Shown here: positions 49,863 to 61,783 of the stretch, one piece after another
Layout of the letters: each line of letters starts with the position of its first letter
Numbering within the stretch: the first letter of the stretch is position 1
Origin: Felis catus
Taxonomy: Eukaryota
DNA: 64,000 nt
Reading direction: 5' to 3'
Assembly (NCBI RefSeq): GCF_018350175.1
Contig: NC_058382.1
Coordinates: forward strand, 51,834,001-51,898,000
Program-made: the position numbers and the translations under genes
Notes under the pieces: model-generated
The model's database searches: none
What the model was told of the DNA's origin: nothing
The model's input: the letters and a program-made list of their open reading frames with translations, nothing else

Positions 49863-52800
49863 AAACCAAAAAGCAGCATTGATTCAGACACAGAGACAAT
49901 CCCACGGTCTGTATCAGTGACCTGATGCTTTTCAATGTTTGCTTTTTTCTGGAGCTTACAGTCTGGTGGCCATGATCCTGGCAGGGTCTCTGTTTCACCT
50001 GGAACTGCCCCGGCATCAGTTCAGCACCATGACTGCATAATGCAGCCCCCTCATCCCCCCCCCCCCCAATGCATCCAGCACTTTGAGCTTTCGTAGAATC
50101 TGCTTGGGACTCAGGGGCATATGAGGGTGGGGCTAGGGGGTCACACCAAGGTACATGGATCCTCGGCCTTCTTTAAACTGCCACTCACTCCCCCTTATTT
50201 CCATCTCTCCTCCACCGTGCTTCCTAAGATCTTCACATTCTTTCCTTCCACCTGGCAGAGTGATTTCTCCCTTTCCTCCCTCTCACACTTGCTGTCAGCA
50301 AATACCGAAGCCCCAGGGCAGGGAAATGCCAGCTCATTCTGTCCCTTTTTGTTTTATTAAAGGATTTCCTGCCAAGTATATGGCCCTCTCGATAAGAGAA
50401 ATTCTGGTTTATACAATTATTTCTACCTAATCACGGGCACACAGAAGGTTAATATACCCTCTCTCAAGGCATTTGGGAAGCTGGTCGCTCTTTACATAAA
50501 GCTCCTGGTAGGGTGTCCAGTTCATAGGCGGTCCCTAAAGTTGGGAGCCCACTTGCTCCCCACCACCAACCAATCCTGACGGCAGCATGGATGGACTAGG
50601 GTGGGGCAGAGAGGTGCTCGGTGCGAAACGTAAGCCAGAGCTCGTTCTCAGAGTTAACATACAACCTTGTGAGGGAACCCCTCCTTGAGTCTCCTGGCCC
50701 TTATCCTGGCCCTCCTTACAGCACTGTCTGCCCCTCAGAGTTATTTGAATCTGACGGGTGTGAATTTGACCCCGGCATTACCAAACATCTCTGTTGGAAC
50801 CTAAGTTGCTGGAGCTTCGCCCTGGTGATAAAACTGAGCTCACACCCCTTAAATGTAAGGAGTTGTTGAGGGGAATGAAGGGTGTCCATATACGAAAGGT
50901 GTTCATTCAGTAAATGCCGCTTTCCTCATCCCCGAGCTAATGAAAGACAAAGGGACGCTTTCGGCTTCCAGGTTGCCAGTTTTCTCTGCTTTGTTTTATA
51001 AAACAAACTCAGCGGGAGAGGAGACTAACCCAAAGCATTTTTCACGGTGTTCCTTCCTAGAATCAATTTTGCCTTTCCCCAGCACTGAGTGATGTACAGT
51101 CTAGAGGAGAGAGTAGAGGAAATTGAGAGGCTTATAGATCACAGATCTGGGGAGTCATTGCTGGATCACACGACGGTGCCCTTTGAGAACTCTTTAAAAC
51201 AACATAAAAATCCGGAAGCATCATCTTTCTTTAAAACCCCCCTTCTTGCTTTGAAAGTCCTTGACCATGAAATTGACTAGACGCTTCATTTGGTCCCTTG
51301 ATGATCAGTGGTTCATGTGCATTTGATCCCTTCCTGCCAACGATCCGTCATTAAAGAATAATGGGGAAAGAAGAGAACACTCAAAAATGTGGTAGTTGAT
51401 TAAGTGCGTGGAAATGCGGCCAGATTTTTTTTTTTAAGTATCTCAGAATAAAAAATAAAGTTGGCTCACAGCCCTCCCCGGCTCCAGCCCCACGCCTGAT
51501 GGCTTTTCTGACTGTGCAGCTTCCTGACCTAAAGCTCTGGCTGAGCCTTCGTTTTCGGCTCAGAGATGTCATTCCTTTGCAGTCTCCCTTTGTGGGGACA
51601 CGTCTCCCTCTACCTGTGATCCGGAAAGAACTCTGGCTCCTCAGATCACCCCATCATGGCTGTCCCGGAAGTTATCCATCAACCAATGGTTCACTTAAGA
51701 ACCGTTACACATGTACATGTTCTAGTCCGGCTAGGAATATACAATACGGTATCACATCAGCTACTTAATTGAGAACCCACCACGCGGTTAGGAGGGCGTA
51801 TAGTGAGTACCGCTGTTGTGCCTATTTTACGGATGGAGAAACTGAGGCTTGGCAAGGTTAAATAACTTGATGAAGGTCGAACAAATGCTGTCTCCCTATG
51901 GTCGCCCTAGATGCACCCATTGATTCACATCAGGCCATCTCCCCTGATTTGCAGTTCAGCAAATAAAACCGCCACGGCCATCAGGTTTTCAAAACGCTTT
52001 TCAAATTCTTGTAATCAGCATTGCTGATCAATGGTTCTGACTCCCTTTGTGTGTGGAAATCAAAAGTCATTGGACCTCTGGTTCAATCCTTCCTTCTACC
52101 ACGGGATGCCTCCTCTTTGCAGTATCAGAATAACAAAGCAATTCTTCTCTTTGGCGTCTACTTGGCTCAAGTGCAGCATTTTCACAGCAGGACATATTGC
52201 CCAGGCTGTTTTAATGTAGTTGAATCCCATCAGAGACCCCAGAGCCAGCCTCCCTTTTGTGAGGACTTTGTGAGGACATCAAGACCTGGCTGTGAGCCAT
52301 TTGCCACCCATAAGGTACCTGGGAAGCCATCACCTCTCTGGTCACCAGATTCCTTTCTGACAAGTGCTTCTGTGTAGTACTCTACGTGAGAAAAATTATG
52401 TCATCACCTAGCTCAGTGCCCAGGACTTGTACAAACTGTTCACTAATTCTACTATTGTTAACGGCGATTATTTGGCTCTGTTATGCCACCACGGGTGGGG
52501 CAGGACTCAGGGACGGAGGGAGGTGGTCTCTCAGCTTTTAAAAGTTCATCCTCAAGTTGAGACTTCTTAGAACACTACATTTCGCGTGAGACCAGAGTCC
52601 TATCCCGGTGTCCCATAACTGGCGTCTCGGAAACCTCTCTCTTGGATGTTAGTTACGTCCAACCTTTTCCTGCTTAAAGCATTTGTACCCCATTCTCTCC
52701 ACCATGGCGACATTTAAAGAAATAGTTATGATCAAAGGAATAAGACTGGAAAGCAAGCCCCTCTGAAATGACTGTTTCATATTACCAAAATCAGTTATAA

Positions 52801-52878
52801 AAACAATGGCACAAAATGTCTTACATTGATAGAGGAGTCAGACAAGTAAGAATTTCTTTTTTTTAAAAGAGTATTTGA

Positions 52879-53086
52879 GGGGAGCCTGGCTGGCTCAGTC
52901 GGTCAAGTGTCCAACTGTTGATCTCGGCTCAGGTCATGATCTCATGGTTTTGGGAGTTCGAGCCCCACATCAGGCTGATGATGTGGAGCCTGCCTGAGAT
53001 TCTCTCTCTTACCTCTCTCTCTCTGCCCCTCCCCCACTCACGCTGTGCCTCTCTCGCTCGCTCAAAATAAATAAACATTAAAAAAA
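52879..53086 (+). mobile_element. CAN-SINE
   Basis: SINEC head, body and tail; degenerate TSD aaagagtatttga / aaagaatgtttga. Confidence 0.88.
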
Positions 53087-53964
53087 TTTGCAAAGAATGT
53101 TTGACGCTTTGTAGGTTGCTGCACCAGGAAGCTGTTCTGTTTATCCTACGTGGTACTGATGTACTTTGAATGCTCTATATTTGAGCTCTGAATTCTCTAC
53201 CCGGATGAAATATGACATCTCTGTCTCCAGAAACTCCTTCTCTCTCCTTCAACAATTAGCACTTGACTCAGTGTCCCCTGAACAGTGGGGCACTCTCTTC
53301 CAGTCAGGAATCGCTAGTGAAGGAAAGACCAGCAGCCCTCTTCTACATTGGTGGGAACAGGAGTTATACAAGCTCTCCGCGCATGTTTTTAAGAACATAT
53401 TATTTGTATTATTCCCTGAGGAGTTCCGAGACATGCTGAATTTCTTTAAGTGTTTCATACTTCATAAATAAAGCCTTAGTGGCAATTCTCAGCTCTAGCA
53501 AATCACGGATATGTTCCAGAGAACATTTAAAATATAAAAGTAAATTTCAAATGGGAGAAAACAGCCCCATTTTCCCAAGTAGTCGACATATCTCAGAGCA
53601 CTGACATTTCCGGAATGGAGAGAGAGACAGGGAATCACATGGGAACTCTTTGGTAGAATGAAGACATTCACAGAATGAGCAAAGCCACCCTCACCCTTAC
53701 TAAGTGCTTCATACTCATAAGGTTACATGAGGGAGGTACTGTAATTACCCCCACTTTACAGTTGAGGAAACACATAGAGGTTAAACCAATTGTCTGAGGA
53801 GACCCAGCTGGTAAACGATAGAACTGGGACTTGAAGCCAGCAGAATGATTCCAGAATGCCCCCCAGGCCACCATCCTATCCAACGCAATACACTCTGCTT
53901 CCTGCATGCCTTTCCAGAAACAGCACCGTATTTCCAAATGAACCTCTAAACCCCCTTCGTGGCC

Positions 53965-54160
53965 CCCACTCCTTATCCATTTTGGAATGAGCCACCAATA
54001 TAGCCCCTTCCCCAAACCACAGGTTTTGTCCTTCTTGGAATGAGCCACCAACACCCCAGCTCATACTCCTTAGTGGAATGAATCACCAACATCTACCCTG
54101 GGCCCATATTCCTTACCAGTCTCGGAATGAACCACCAAATTCCACCCCAGCCCATATTCT
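53965..54160. repeat. Degenerate minisatellite with a GGAATGA(G/A)(C/T)CACCAA core, 4 units
   Basis: Cores start at 53984, 54037, 54075 and 54124. Confidence 0.8.
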
Positions 54161-54869
54161 GTGTTTCTTGGCCATGCACGGCCCCAGTGGCAGCTGCTGG
54201 GTTTTCTTCACTGTTACACACACACAGCTGTTCTCTGTGTAATGGCCGCCTCCCCCTACCCCATCCATTGGCTCTGTCTCTCACCACAGTGCAGAGGAAC
54301 AGCAGAAGTTTAGTCTGACATTGTCCTTTGAATGACTGTCCTAGCAGGTGGGACAGGTTTCTGGGCTGGGGGGCGAGGAGCATCATATAGATGACGCCTC
54401 AGGGAATCATACTCAGCAGCACACCCCTAATCCTGATTCAGTGTTCTAGACGGTCTTAGGGCTCTTGCCTCACTTACATCTCAGAATGAATTCCCTGACA
54501 CCCAATAAAACCGTGCAAGGCATGGATCACCCTTTGGTGCTTGGACAATGTTAATCCCTAGGGCCCTGAAAGCCTTGACTGCTGAGAAGACCCTTCATTA
54601 TAGCTCCCAGGAGACATGTATCTCCTCTTGGCCCATCCCGATATTGCAGAGTTGTCCAAGGGAGCATGCAGATGTATGTCCTCTCTCCTACCCAGTGCAT
54701 TTTCCCTTCTCGAATGAGCAGGTGAAGAAGGGTGGGCTGATCTCCTGCCACTTCATGCTTTCTGGCTTGACCCTGACCCAACCTAAGACACAATATTCAG
54801 CCTCATTTCTTGAGTGCTTATGATGTGCCAAGCTCTGTACGAAGTATTTTAAATTCTATTTCATTTAAA

Positions 54870-55092
54870 TTTTTTTAAATGTTCTTTTATTTTTGAGAGA
54901 GATAGAGACAGAGACAGAGACAGAGCAGGAGCAGGGGAAGGGCAGAGAGAGAGGGAGACACAGAATCCGAAGCAGGCTCCAGGCTCCGAGCTGTCAGCAC
55001 AGAGCCTGACATGGGGCTCAAACTCGTGAGTCATGGGACCGTGACCTAAGCCAAAGTCGGACGCTCAACTGACTGAACCACCCAGGTGCCCC
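54870..55092 (-). mobile_element. CAN-SINE, antisense, inserted in a MIR
   Basis: TSD taaattctat(t/c)tcatttaa; MIR-like flanks (ccattttgcagatgagg). Confidence 0.9.
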
Positions 55093-55550
55093 TAAATTCT
55101 ATCTCATTTAAAGCTCACAACTCTCGAGGTGGATAAAGTATTCCCTCCATTTTGCAGATGAGGCTTAAAAAAAAAACAAAAAACCACCTGTTCACAAGCA
55201 CACAGTCAGTTGGTGGTAAAATTGCAATTCAAACCCAAGTCATTCTACTCCAGACGTCAACAGCTTAATCCTTTTATTAGACTGCTTCCCAGATCAGAAT
55301 TACTGCCTCAGAAGAACACTCTTCTGTCGAAGGGGGTGAGTGGGCATTGAGCAGGGTAGCTTCATACAGAACGACTTCAGCACACAAGGAATGACAGAAG
55401 GCTGAAAATGAAAGATTCAATAGCTTTTTCTATCTACCTATCCATCTATCCATCTATCTAAGGAAACTGAGGGCCAGAGAGAGAAAACACCTGGCCAAGA
55501 TCACACATTTTACCTCTGGAAAACAAAAAGCAGCAGCCTATTTAGGATTC

Positions 55551-55760
55551 TTTTTTTTCCCCCCAATGTTTATTTATTTTTGAAATAAAGAGAGCGTGAG
55601 CAGGGAAGGGGCAGAGAGAGGAGGACAGAGAATCCAAGGATCCGAAGCAGGCTCCGCGCTGACAGCAGTGAGCCTGACACGGGGCTTGAACCCACGAACC
55701 GTGGGATCACGCTCTGAGCCAAAGTCAGATGCCCAACCGACTGAGCTACCCAGGTGCCCC
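55551..55760 (-). mobile_element. CAN-SINE, antisense
   Basis: Reverse-complement SINEC ending cccaggtgcccc. Confidence 0.88.
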
Positions 55761-56458
55761 CACTTAGAACCCATTTTTACATCAGATTTTCCAACATGTG
55801 TTCCACAAAAGATTAAGGTCTAAGAGATGTTAAAAGGTAGATCAGGAAAAGGAGTGGGGGGCCTGAGGCCAAATACTGTGTTTGCTCATGCACAAAATTT
55901 ACTGGATATATAGTGCTTTTCATCATACTTTTTAGGAAGTGATCTTAAAGAAGGAAAAAAAAATGCATCCCTGTAAGTGCAGAATGTTGTACAGTGGAAC
56001 CCTAGTTGGAAACCATAAAATCGGGATATGTAGTAATTCCTTGCAAACCCATGAGGGGATATGAAAATTACATAGCTAACAGAAATAGATGAGTCTTAGT
56101 GAATGCTCGCACATGGCAGGCTTATTAGTAATATATTTATAAGTTCAAAATGTTAGGGAGAAAACCCAAATTCTACACCTAGGCAGTATGTGGACTTTAA
56201 CTTTCTATTTTGATAAGAAAACTTCTGATCTCATGTGAAAAAAAAAATGTGTCTTTACTGGGATATTTTTCGGCTGCCCATTTTTCCTCTAAAGGATCCC
56301 ATCCAGTGTTATTTTGCCTTGGGTTTTCATTCATTCATCTACACCTGGGTATTTAGTGCAGGGTGATCTTTGGATTCGTAATCTTTCGTTGCAAGGTGGG
56401 GAGAAGAAATGCATCATGTAAGATTGAACTGAAGTAAGTTTAAAAAGTGCTAGGTTAA

Positions 56459-56638
56459 GGGCACCTGGGTGGCTCGGTTAAGTGTCCAACTTTGGTTCAG
56501 GTCATGATCTCACGGTTCATAGGTTCGAGCCCCGCGTCGGACTCTCCGCTGTCAGTGCAGCATCCGCTTTAGATCCTCTTCCACCCCCCTCTGTCCCAGA
56601 CTCTCAAGCATAAGTAAAAAAAACATTAAAAGAAAAAA
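56459..56638 (+). mobile_element. CAN-SINE
   Basis: TSD aagtgctaggttaa on both sides. Confidence 0.88.
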
Positions 56639-57677
56639 TAGAAGTGCTAGGTTAAAGGAAGTTCAGCAGGTTTCTTTCATGCAGGACTTCCTATTGACAG
56701 ATTATACTGCACTGTCCTCCTTGACTGCAGAAGGGGAAGCCCTTTCCTTTGTAGCTCACTTAAAATTTCCTGAGGCGCAAGTGTTCCATGGAACACAGTT
56801 TGGGAAACTACCTTTTCTACCAACATATAGCTATGTCTCTGCCATCAGGTTGCCAAATCCTAGCGATGCAATAGTTCAGACTTGGGGGAAGAAGAAGACA
56901 GCGCTCCTTCGTTAGAATCCGCAGTAGAGACAGAGCATATCTGGGGAAAAGAATGCCACCTCCTGCCGATGAAGCAATCCATGAGGTATCACCCCACATT
57001 ATTTAAGCCAGCCACAGAACCCCAGGCTTCTCGTTCTCTCTGCTCTGCTCTGCCCACAAACCCACATTCTTGTTTGCCTCCATGAATTCACAAAAATCCG
57101 ATGGGGAAAAATACAAGGGGTCTTTCTTAACCAGGATTGCTGAGAGAGCACACGGGAGAATGAATGTTGACTGAAGCGGTGGGAAGAGCCTCCCACACAA
57201 ATCTCATTGGCTAAGACCAATCACACGGTCCTGGCTAACTCTAAGGATGCTGGGAAATGTAGTTCTCCTGAGTGTCCAGGAAGAAGAGAATCAGATACGG
57301 GTAGCACGTGTGGCTGTACCTCAAGCTCCTACGATCTTGGTCATTTCAGTGGCCGAGAAAAGGAAATGAATGTGACAGAATATTTCAAGTATCACATCTT
57401 ATGGTTTCATTTCTCTGTCTCATTTGAGTCAATCTGCAATACACGTTAGCTCCTATTTTCAACTGGGGGAAAACTGTAGCTCAGAACAGTTGAGTAACTT
57501 ACCCAAGGTTCTTCAGCTGATCTGTGACAAAGCCAGAACCAAACCCATAGCTGTCCGACTCTAGAAACTCTATTTGCCTCACAGGGCTGTTGGGAGGACT
57601 GGTTAAATTACAAATGCATTCATTCAGATATTTATAAAACTCCTACGTGTACTGTTTGCTATTCAGGATGTGGTAAT

Positions 57678-58113
57678 GGTAGGCAGAAGGGTGGCCCCCA
57701 AACATGTCCGTGTCCTAACCCCTGGGAACTGTGAATATGTTATTCTACAAGACAGAAAAAGATCTACGGATGTGACTAAGTTAAGGGTCTTGAGGTGGGG
57801 GAAGGTTCTTGGATTAGCCAGGTGGGCTCAACGTAATCACAGGATCCTTATAAAAAGGAGGAAGGTCAGAGCCAGGGAGGGATTTGAAGATACTGCTGGC
57901 TCCGGAGGAGAAGGAAGGGACCGTGAGCCAAGGGACCCAGACAGAATCCAACTCCCTGAGAGCATCCAGAGGGAACTGCAGACACCCTGATTTTAGCCCA
58001 GGGAAAGTCATCTTGGACTTCTGACCTCCAGAACCGCGAGATAATAAGTTTGCGTGCTTTTAAGCCACTGAGGTTGTGGTAACGGGTTACAGCAGCCAGA
58101 GGGAACTGATACA
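57678..58113 (+). mobile_element. MLT1D-like solo LTR
   Basis: ggtaggcagaa...tgtcctaacccctgggaactgtgaatatgtta...ggacttctgacctccagaac...gaactgataca. Confidence 0.75.
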
Positions 58114-58956
58114 GTGGTACGTGAAGCAGGGCTTCCAAAACTATACATTATGAAACAGTGGCCACCACAGAAAACTGGGAATTACAGCAGAGAAGGCAGA
58201 GGGAGACGGATGGGTTTAGGTTCAAGTCGAAAAAAGGAGAGTCCTTACTAACGTGGTATCGTAGAGTCTCAAAGACAAGCAGGAGGTGCCCATTTATGGC
58301 GGGTCCTGCATCAGGTGATGGAAGTGTCAGGATAAGGAAGAGGGAGGGTCCGATCTTGGGAATGAACGCCGCATGCTGGGAAGCGATTTCATGGCAGTTT
58401 AACGGCCCCATCTCTCTACCTCTGAAAGGGACTCTGATCCAGTCTCCATTTTTGAGTGGAGAGAAAAATGCCACACGACACTCCCTTCCCTTACGGTCCC
58501 ACCTCGGCCCCACCAAATGCAGCTACTCCACTTGGCTCTGACTTTGATAAGAAAACTTTGATAAGAGAAACCAGCACAAATGGTTCACAGGGTAGAAAGC
58601 ATCCCTGAAAAAAATAATAAAAGATTCATTTGAAGAGTGAAATTTTTTTTTTCGATTGTAGGAGACATCTCTTCACCTAATGTGATATCCTTCTGAAGTG
58701 ATAATTGAGATTTTTATGGAGTGCAATTAAGCAATGTCATTACTGCTTATTACGGATAATGAAATAAATTGGCAGTGCAGGTAACAGAACGGATATTCTA
58801 CAGAATTATAACTCTCCGGGAAATCGGAGGCGAGCAGCCTCTTGGGGGCACCAGAAATGTTTTCAGTATTTCCAGTGAGCGAGAACCTTATGCCCCGTAT
58901 CCCCTCCACTGTCCGTTCAGACGTTTATGAGAAAATCCTACTCTTACCCTAGATCT

Positions 58957-58984
58957 CAGAGAGAGAGAGAGAGAGAGAGAGAGA
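58957..58984. repeat. (GA)n microsatellite
   Basis: Read directly from the sequence. Confidence 0.9.
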
Positions 58985-60719
58985 CGGGGAGATGGAGAAA
59001 GAGGGAGAGAGGATGAAGATTAGAACACGAAGTGATGAACGTGAGAAAGAGGTTCAAGCTCATTGGCTTGTGTCCACAGCCCTTGCCAGAGACAGATCTG
59101 CTCTGTAAAATCAGTCCTGGTGCTAAAGTGAAGCCGACCGGAGTCTGGCACAAACGACCCGGAGACCGCCGGCAAGATGTCCAAGCCCTCTGAGCCTGAG
59201 TTCTTCTGTCCATCAGACGGAAGGAATAACACGTGTGTGGGGGGGGACTGTCGCTCATGCTCACGTATCTAAACTGCCCAGCACAGGGTAAATATGGTCA
59301 ATATCTACTAAATATTCCATTGTCCAGAGCATCCTGCCTCCCTTCTCCCCACACCCCGAGTTTTCTCTTCCAGGAATCGGTGAGGGCAAAGCAGGTAGGG
59401 AGAAGGGGGGAGGCATGATTAGGTTATAGGGAGCGCACAACCCTGATGATTTTTCTTATCAGTTCGTTAGGCTGACAGGGGAAAGGCCTGGGGGGTGGGG
59501 TATGGTGAGAGCCTAGTTGTCTTTATATGCTAACACTGAAGGTCGAAGGATTTTTGTACTTCGGAGCCGTGTTCCCCCCACCTAAACGTCTGGAACAACG
59601 GGTGTCCCGTTTTAGAGGGGAAGAAACTGAGGCTTCATGACTTGCCCCGGATCAGGAAGCCCAGCGAGAGGAGCCCCAGTGGTCTCAGGTCACCCCGCAG
59701 GCAGCGTTTCCTGCCACAGCGCACCGCCCCCCCCCCCCATCTTTGCGCAACAGCCAAGTTCTGAGACCAAGGGGAAGTTCTGGGGACATGCAAGCTGGGT
59801 CTCTGGCGTCACGTGAAGGAGACCAGCAGCCCCTGGAACAAGCAGCAATGCCCCTTTGACGCGAGGATTCGAAAGAGGCTCCTCAAGCCGGAAGTTTGGA
59901 GGGAGTTGACAGTGACCTGGGAAAGCATTCCCAAGACTGGAGATGGGCCCACGGTCTTCTGGAGGAAGACCCGACGGCACGGACGGTATAGGGACTGGGA
60001 AGATGTGCGCTTCTGCAGACAAAAGACATTGTTCTGAACACGTAAGACGCCAAGCCTACCGATGCTGATGCCGGCACTAGAAAAGCCACAGATGCTTGAA
60101 ACGGTTCTGGACTCACCCAGGGTAGAGACCGCTGCTTGACTCCCGTCTACCCGACGGCCCGGGCGTCCCCCGGCGGGTCCACTGAGCTTCGTGCCGGCAC
60201 CTGGGCAGGGGCACGCTAGGAACGCGAGGGGCAGGCCCCTTGCTCCCGGGAGCCCGAGCCACTGGTGTTTGTTCCCTCTGACTGCAGAGACTGGGCTTCT
60301 TTAAGTGTGAACCACCTGGGGCCGATTCCTGAGCCTCACCTCTGACCCAGTGCATCAGACGCTGTTGGAAGGGGGGCCCGGATCCTCCCACTTTACCAGA
60401 ATCCCCTGGCGACCCTAATTCCCATCGCAAGTTGGGAACCGCTGCTCTGGGCTCCCTTCTTGGGTCTCCCTCCCTGGCCCTCCCTCCCTGGCCTGCCGGA
60501 TCCGAATTCAACAACTGTTTATTGAATCCCAGCTGTCTTCCAGGCTGTGGTTTAGGCACTTGAGCTACACCTGTGAACAGAACTAACAAAAATTTAAAAA
60601 TGTAGACCTTCCATTCTACTGGGTGGGGGTGGGGGAGTGAGGGAAGAAAAGGATAGGCAATAAACATAATGAAGAAATACATTGCTTTTCACTCTATATT
60701 AGAAGGTAATAGAAGCTAA

Positions 60720-60926
60720 GGGGGGGCCTGGGTGGCTCAGTCGGTTAAGCCTCCCACTTCGGCTCAGGTCATGATCTCGTGGTTCACGAGTTCGAGCCCC
60801 ACATCGGGCTCTGTGCGGACAGCTCAGAACCTGGAGCCTGCTTCAGATCCGGTGTCTCCCTCTCACTCCGCCTCTCCCCTGCTCGTACTCTCTCTCTCAA
60901 AAAATAGATAAACATAAAAAAAAAAA
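60720..60926 (+). mobile_element. CAN-SINE
   Basis: SINEC head, body and tail; short TSD aagctaag. Confidence 0.9.
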
Positions 60927-61310
60927 GCTAAGAAAAAAATAGAAGGATAAAGGGAACATGAGTGCAGGGACAGGAGAGGAGGGGTGAGCTGACTCGAACG
61001 CATCCCGGGATCCTTTCACCGCTCCTGGAATGAGGCTTTGGACCTCTGCACCCGCACCCATCATCTGCTGAATGTGGACTTCCTACTTGGAACTGCTTCT
61101 TCCCCCCGAGGCGCTTTGCTGCCCCCTTACGGTCCCAATGGACCCCACCCAAAGAGGGTCCTAGGGTAGCCCTTCCATTGCTGGCTGGACCTGGTCACCA
61201 CCTCTCCACGCTAACTCTGGGAAAGTACCTGTCTACACGTTTCTGTGGGACTGAGCACTTACCAGTCCTCTGAAACGTTGGAAGGACTGGAGATTTATCT
61301 GAGCCACACT

Positions 61311-61695
61311 CAGTGGTGTGCTGGAGCTCCTGAGAGCCCACCGCATGGCATCTCTTTCCAACTATGCAGTAGTGACATTATATTGTAGCTTAAGATTGGC
61401 CATGGTGCTGGGGCGCCTGGGTGGCGCAGTCGGTTAAGCGTCTGACTTCGGCCAGGTCACGATCTCGCGGTCCGGGAGTTCGAGCCCCGCGTCGGGCTCT
61501 GGGCTGATGGCTCGGAGCCTGGAGCCTGTTTCTGATTCTGTGTCTCCCTCTCTCTCTGCCCCTCCCCCGTTCATGCTCTGTCTTTCTCTGTCCAAAAAAT
61601 AAATAAACGTTGAAAAAAAAATTAAAAAAAAAGATTGGCCATGGTGGGAGTAGTTGCACCAAGAAATCCGCAAGTGCTCCAAACCAAGGCACTTG
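61311..61695 (+). mobile_element. MER63A-like hAT transposon split by a young SINEC
   Basis: cagtggtgtgctggagc...gtagcttaagattggccatggtg | ggagtagttgcacca. Confidence 0.7.
61410..61630 (+). mobile_element. Young felid SINEC_Fc-type element
   Basis: Perfect 16-bp TSD aagattggccatggtg at 61392-61407 and 61631-61646. Confidence 0.95.
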
Positions 61696-61710
61696 CTCTC
61701 TCTCTTGCGC

Positions 61711-61714
<4 letters not shown>

Positions 61715-61782
<68 letters not shown>
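61715..61782. repeat. Compound (CT)n(CA)n microsatellite
   Basis: Read directly from the sequence. Confidence 0.97.

Positions 61783-61783
<1 letters not shown>

Noticed and set aside
50020..50036. REST/RE1-like TTCAGCACCATG
   Set aside because: Only the left half matches; the GGACAG right half is missing.
53965..54160. CRISPR-like repeat-spacer appearance
   Set aside because: Mammalian intron, short degenerate repeats, spacers related to one another and of uneven length, and no cas genes.
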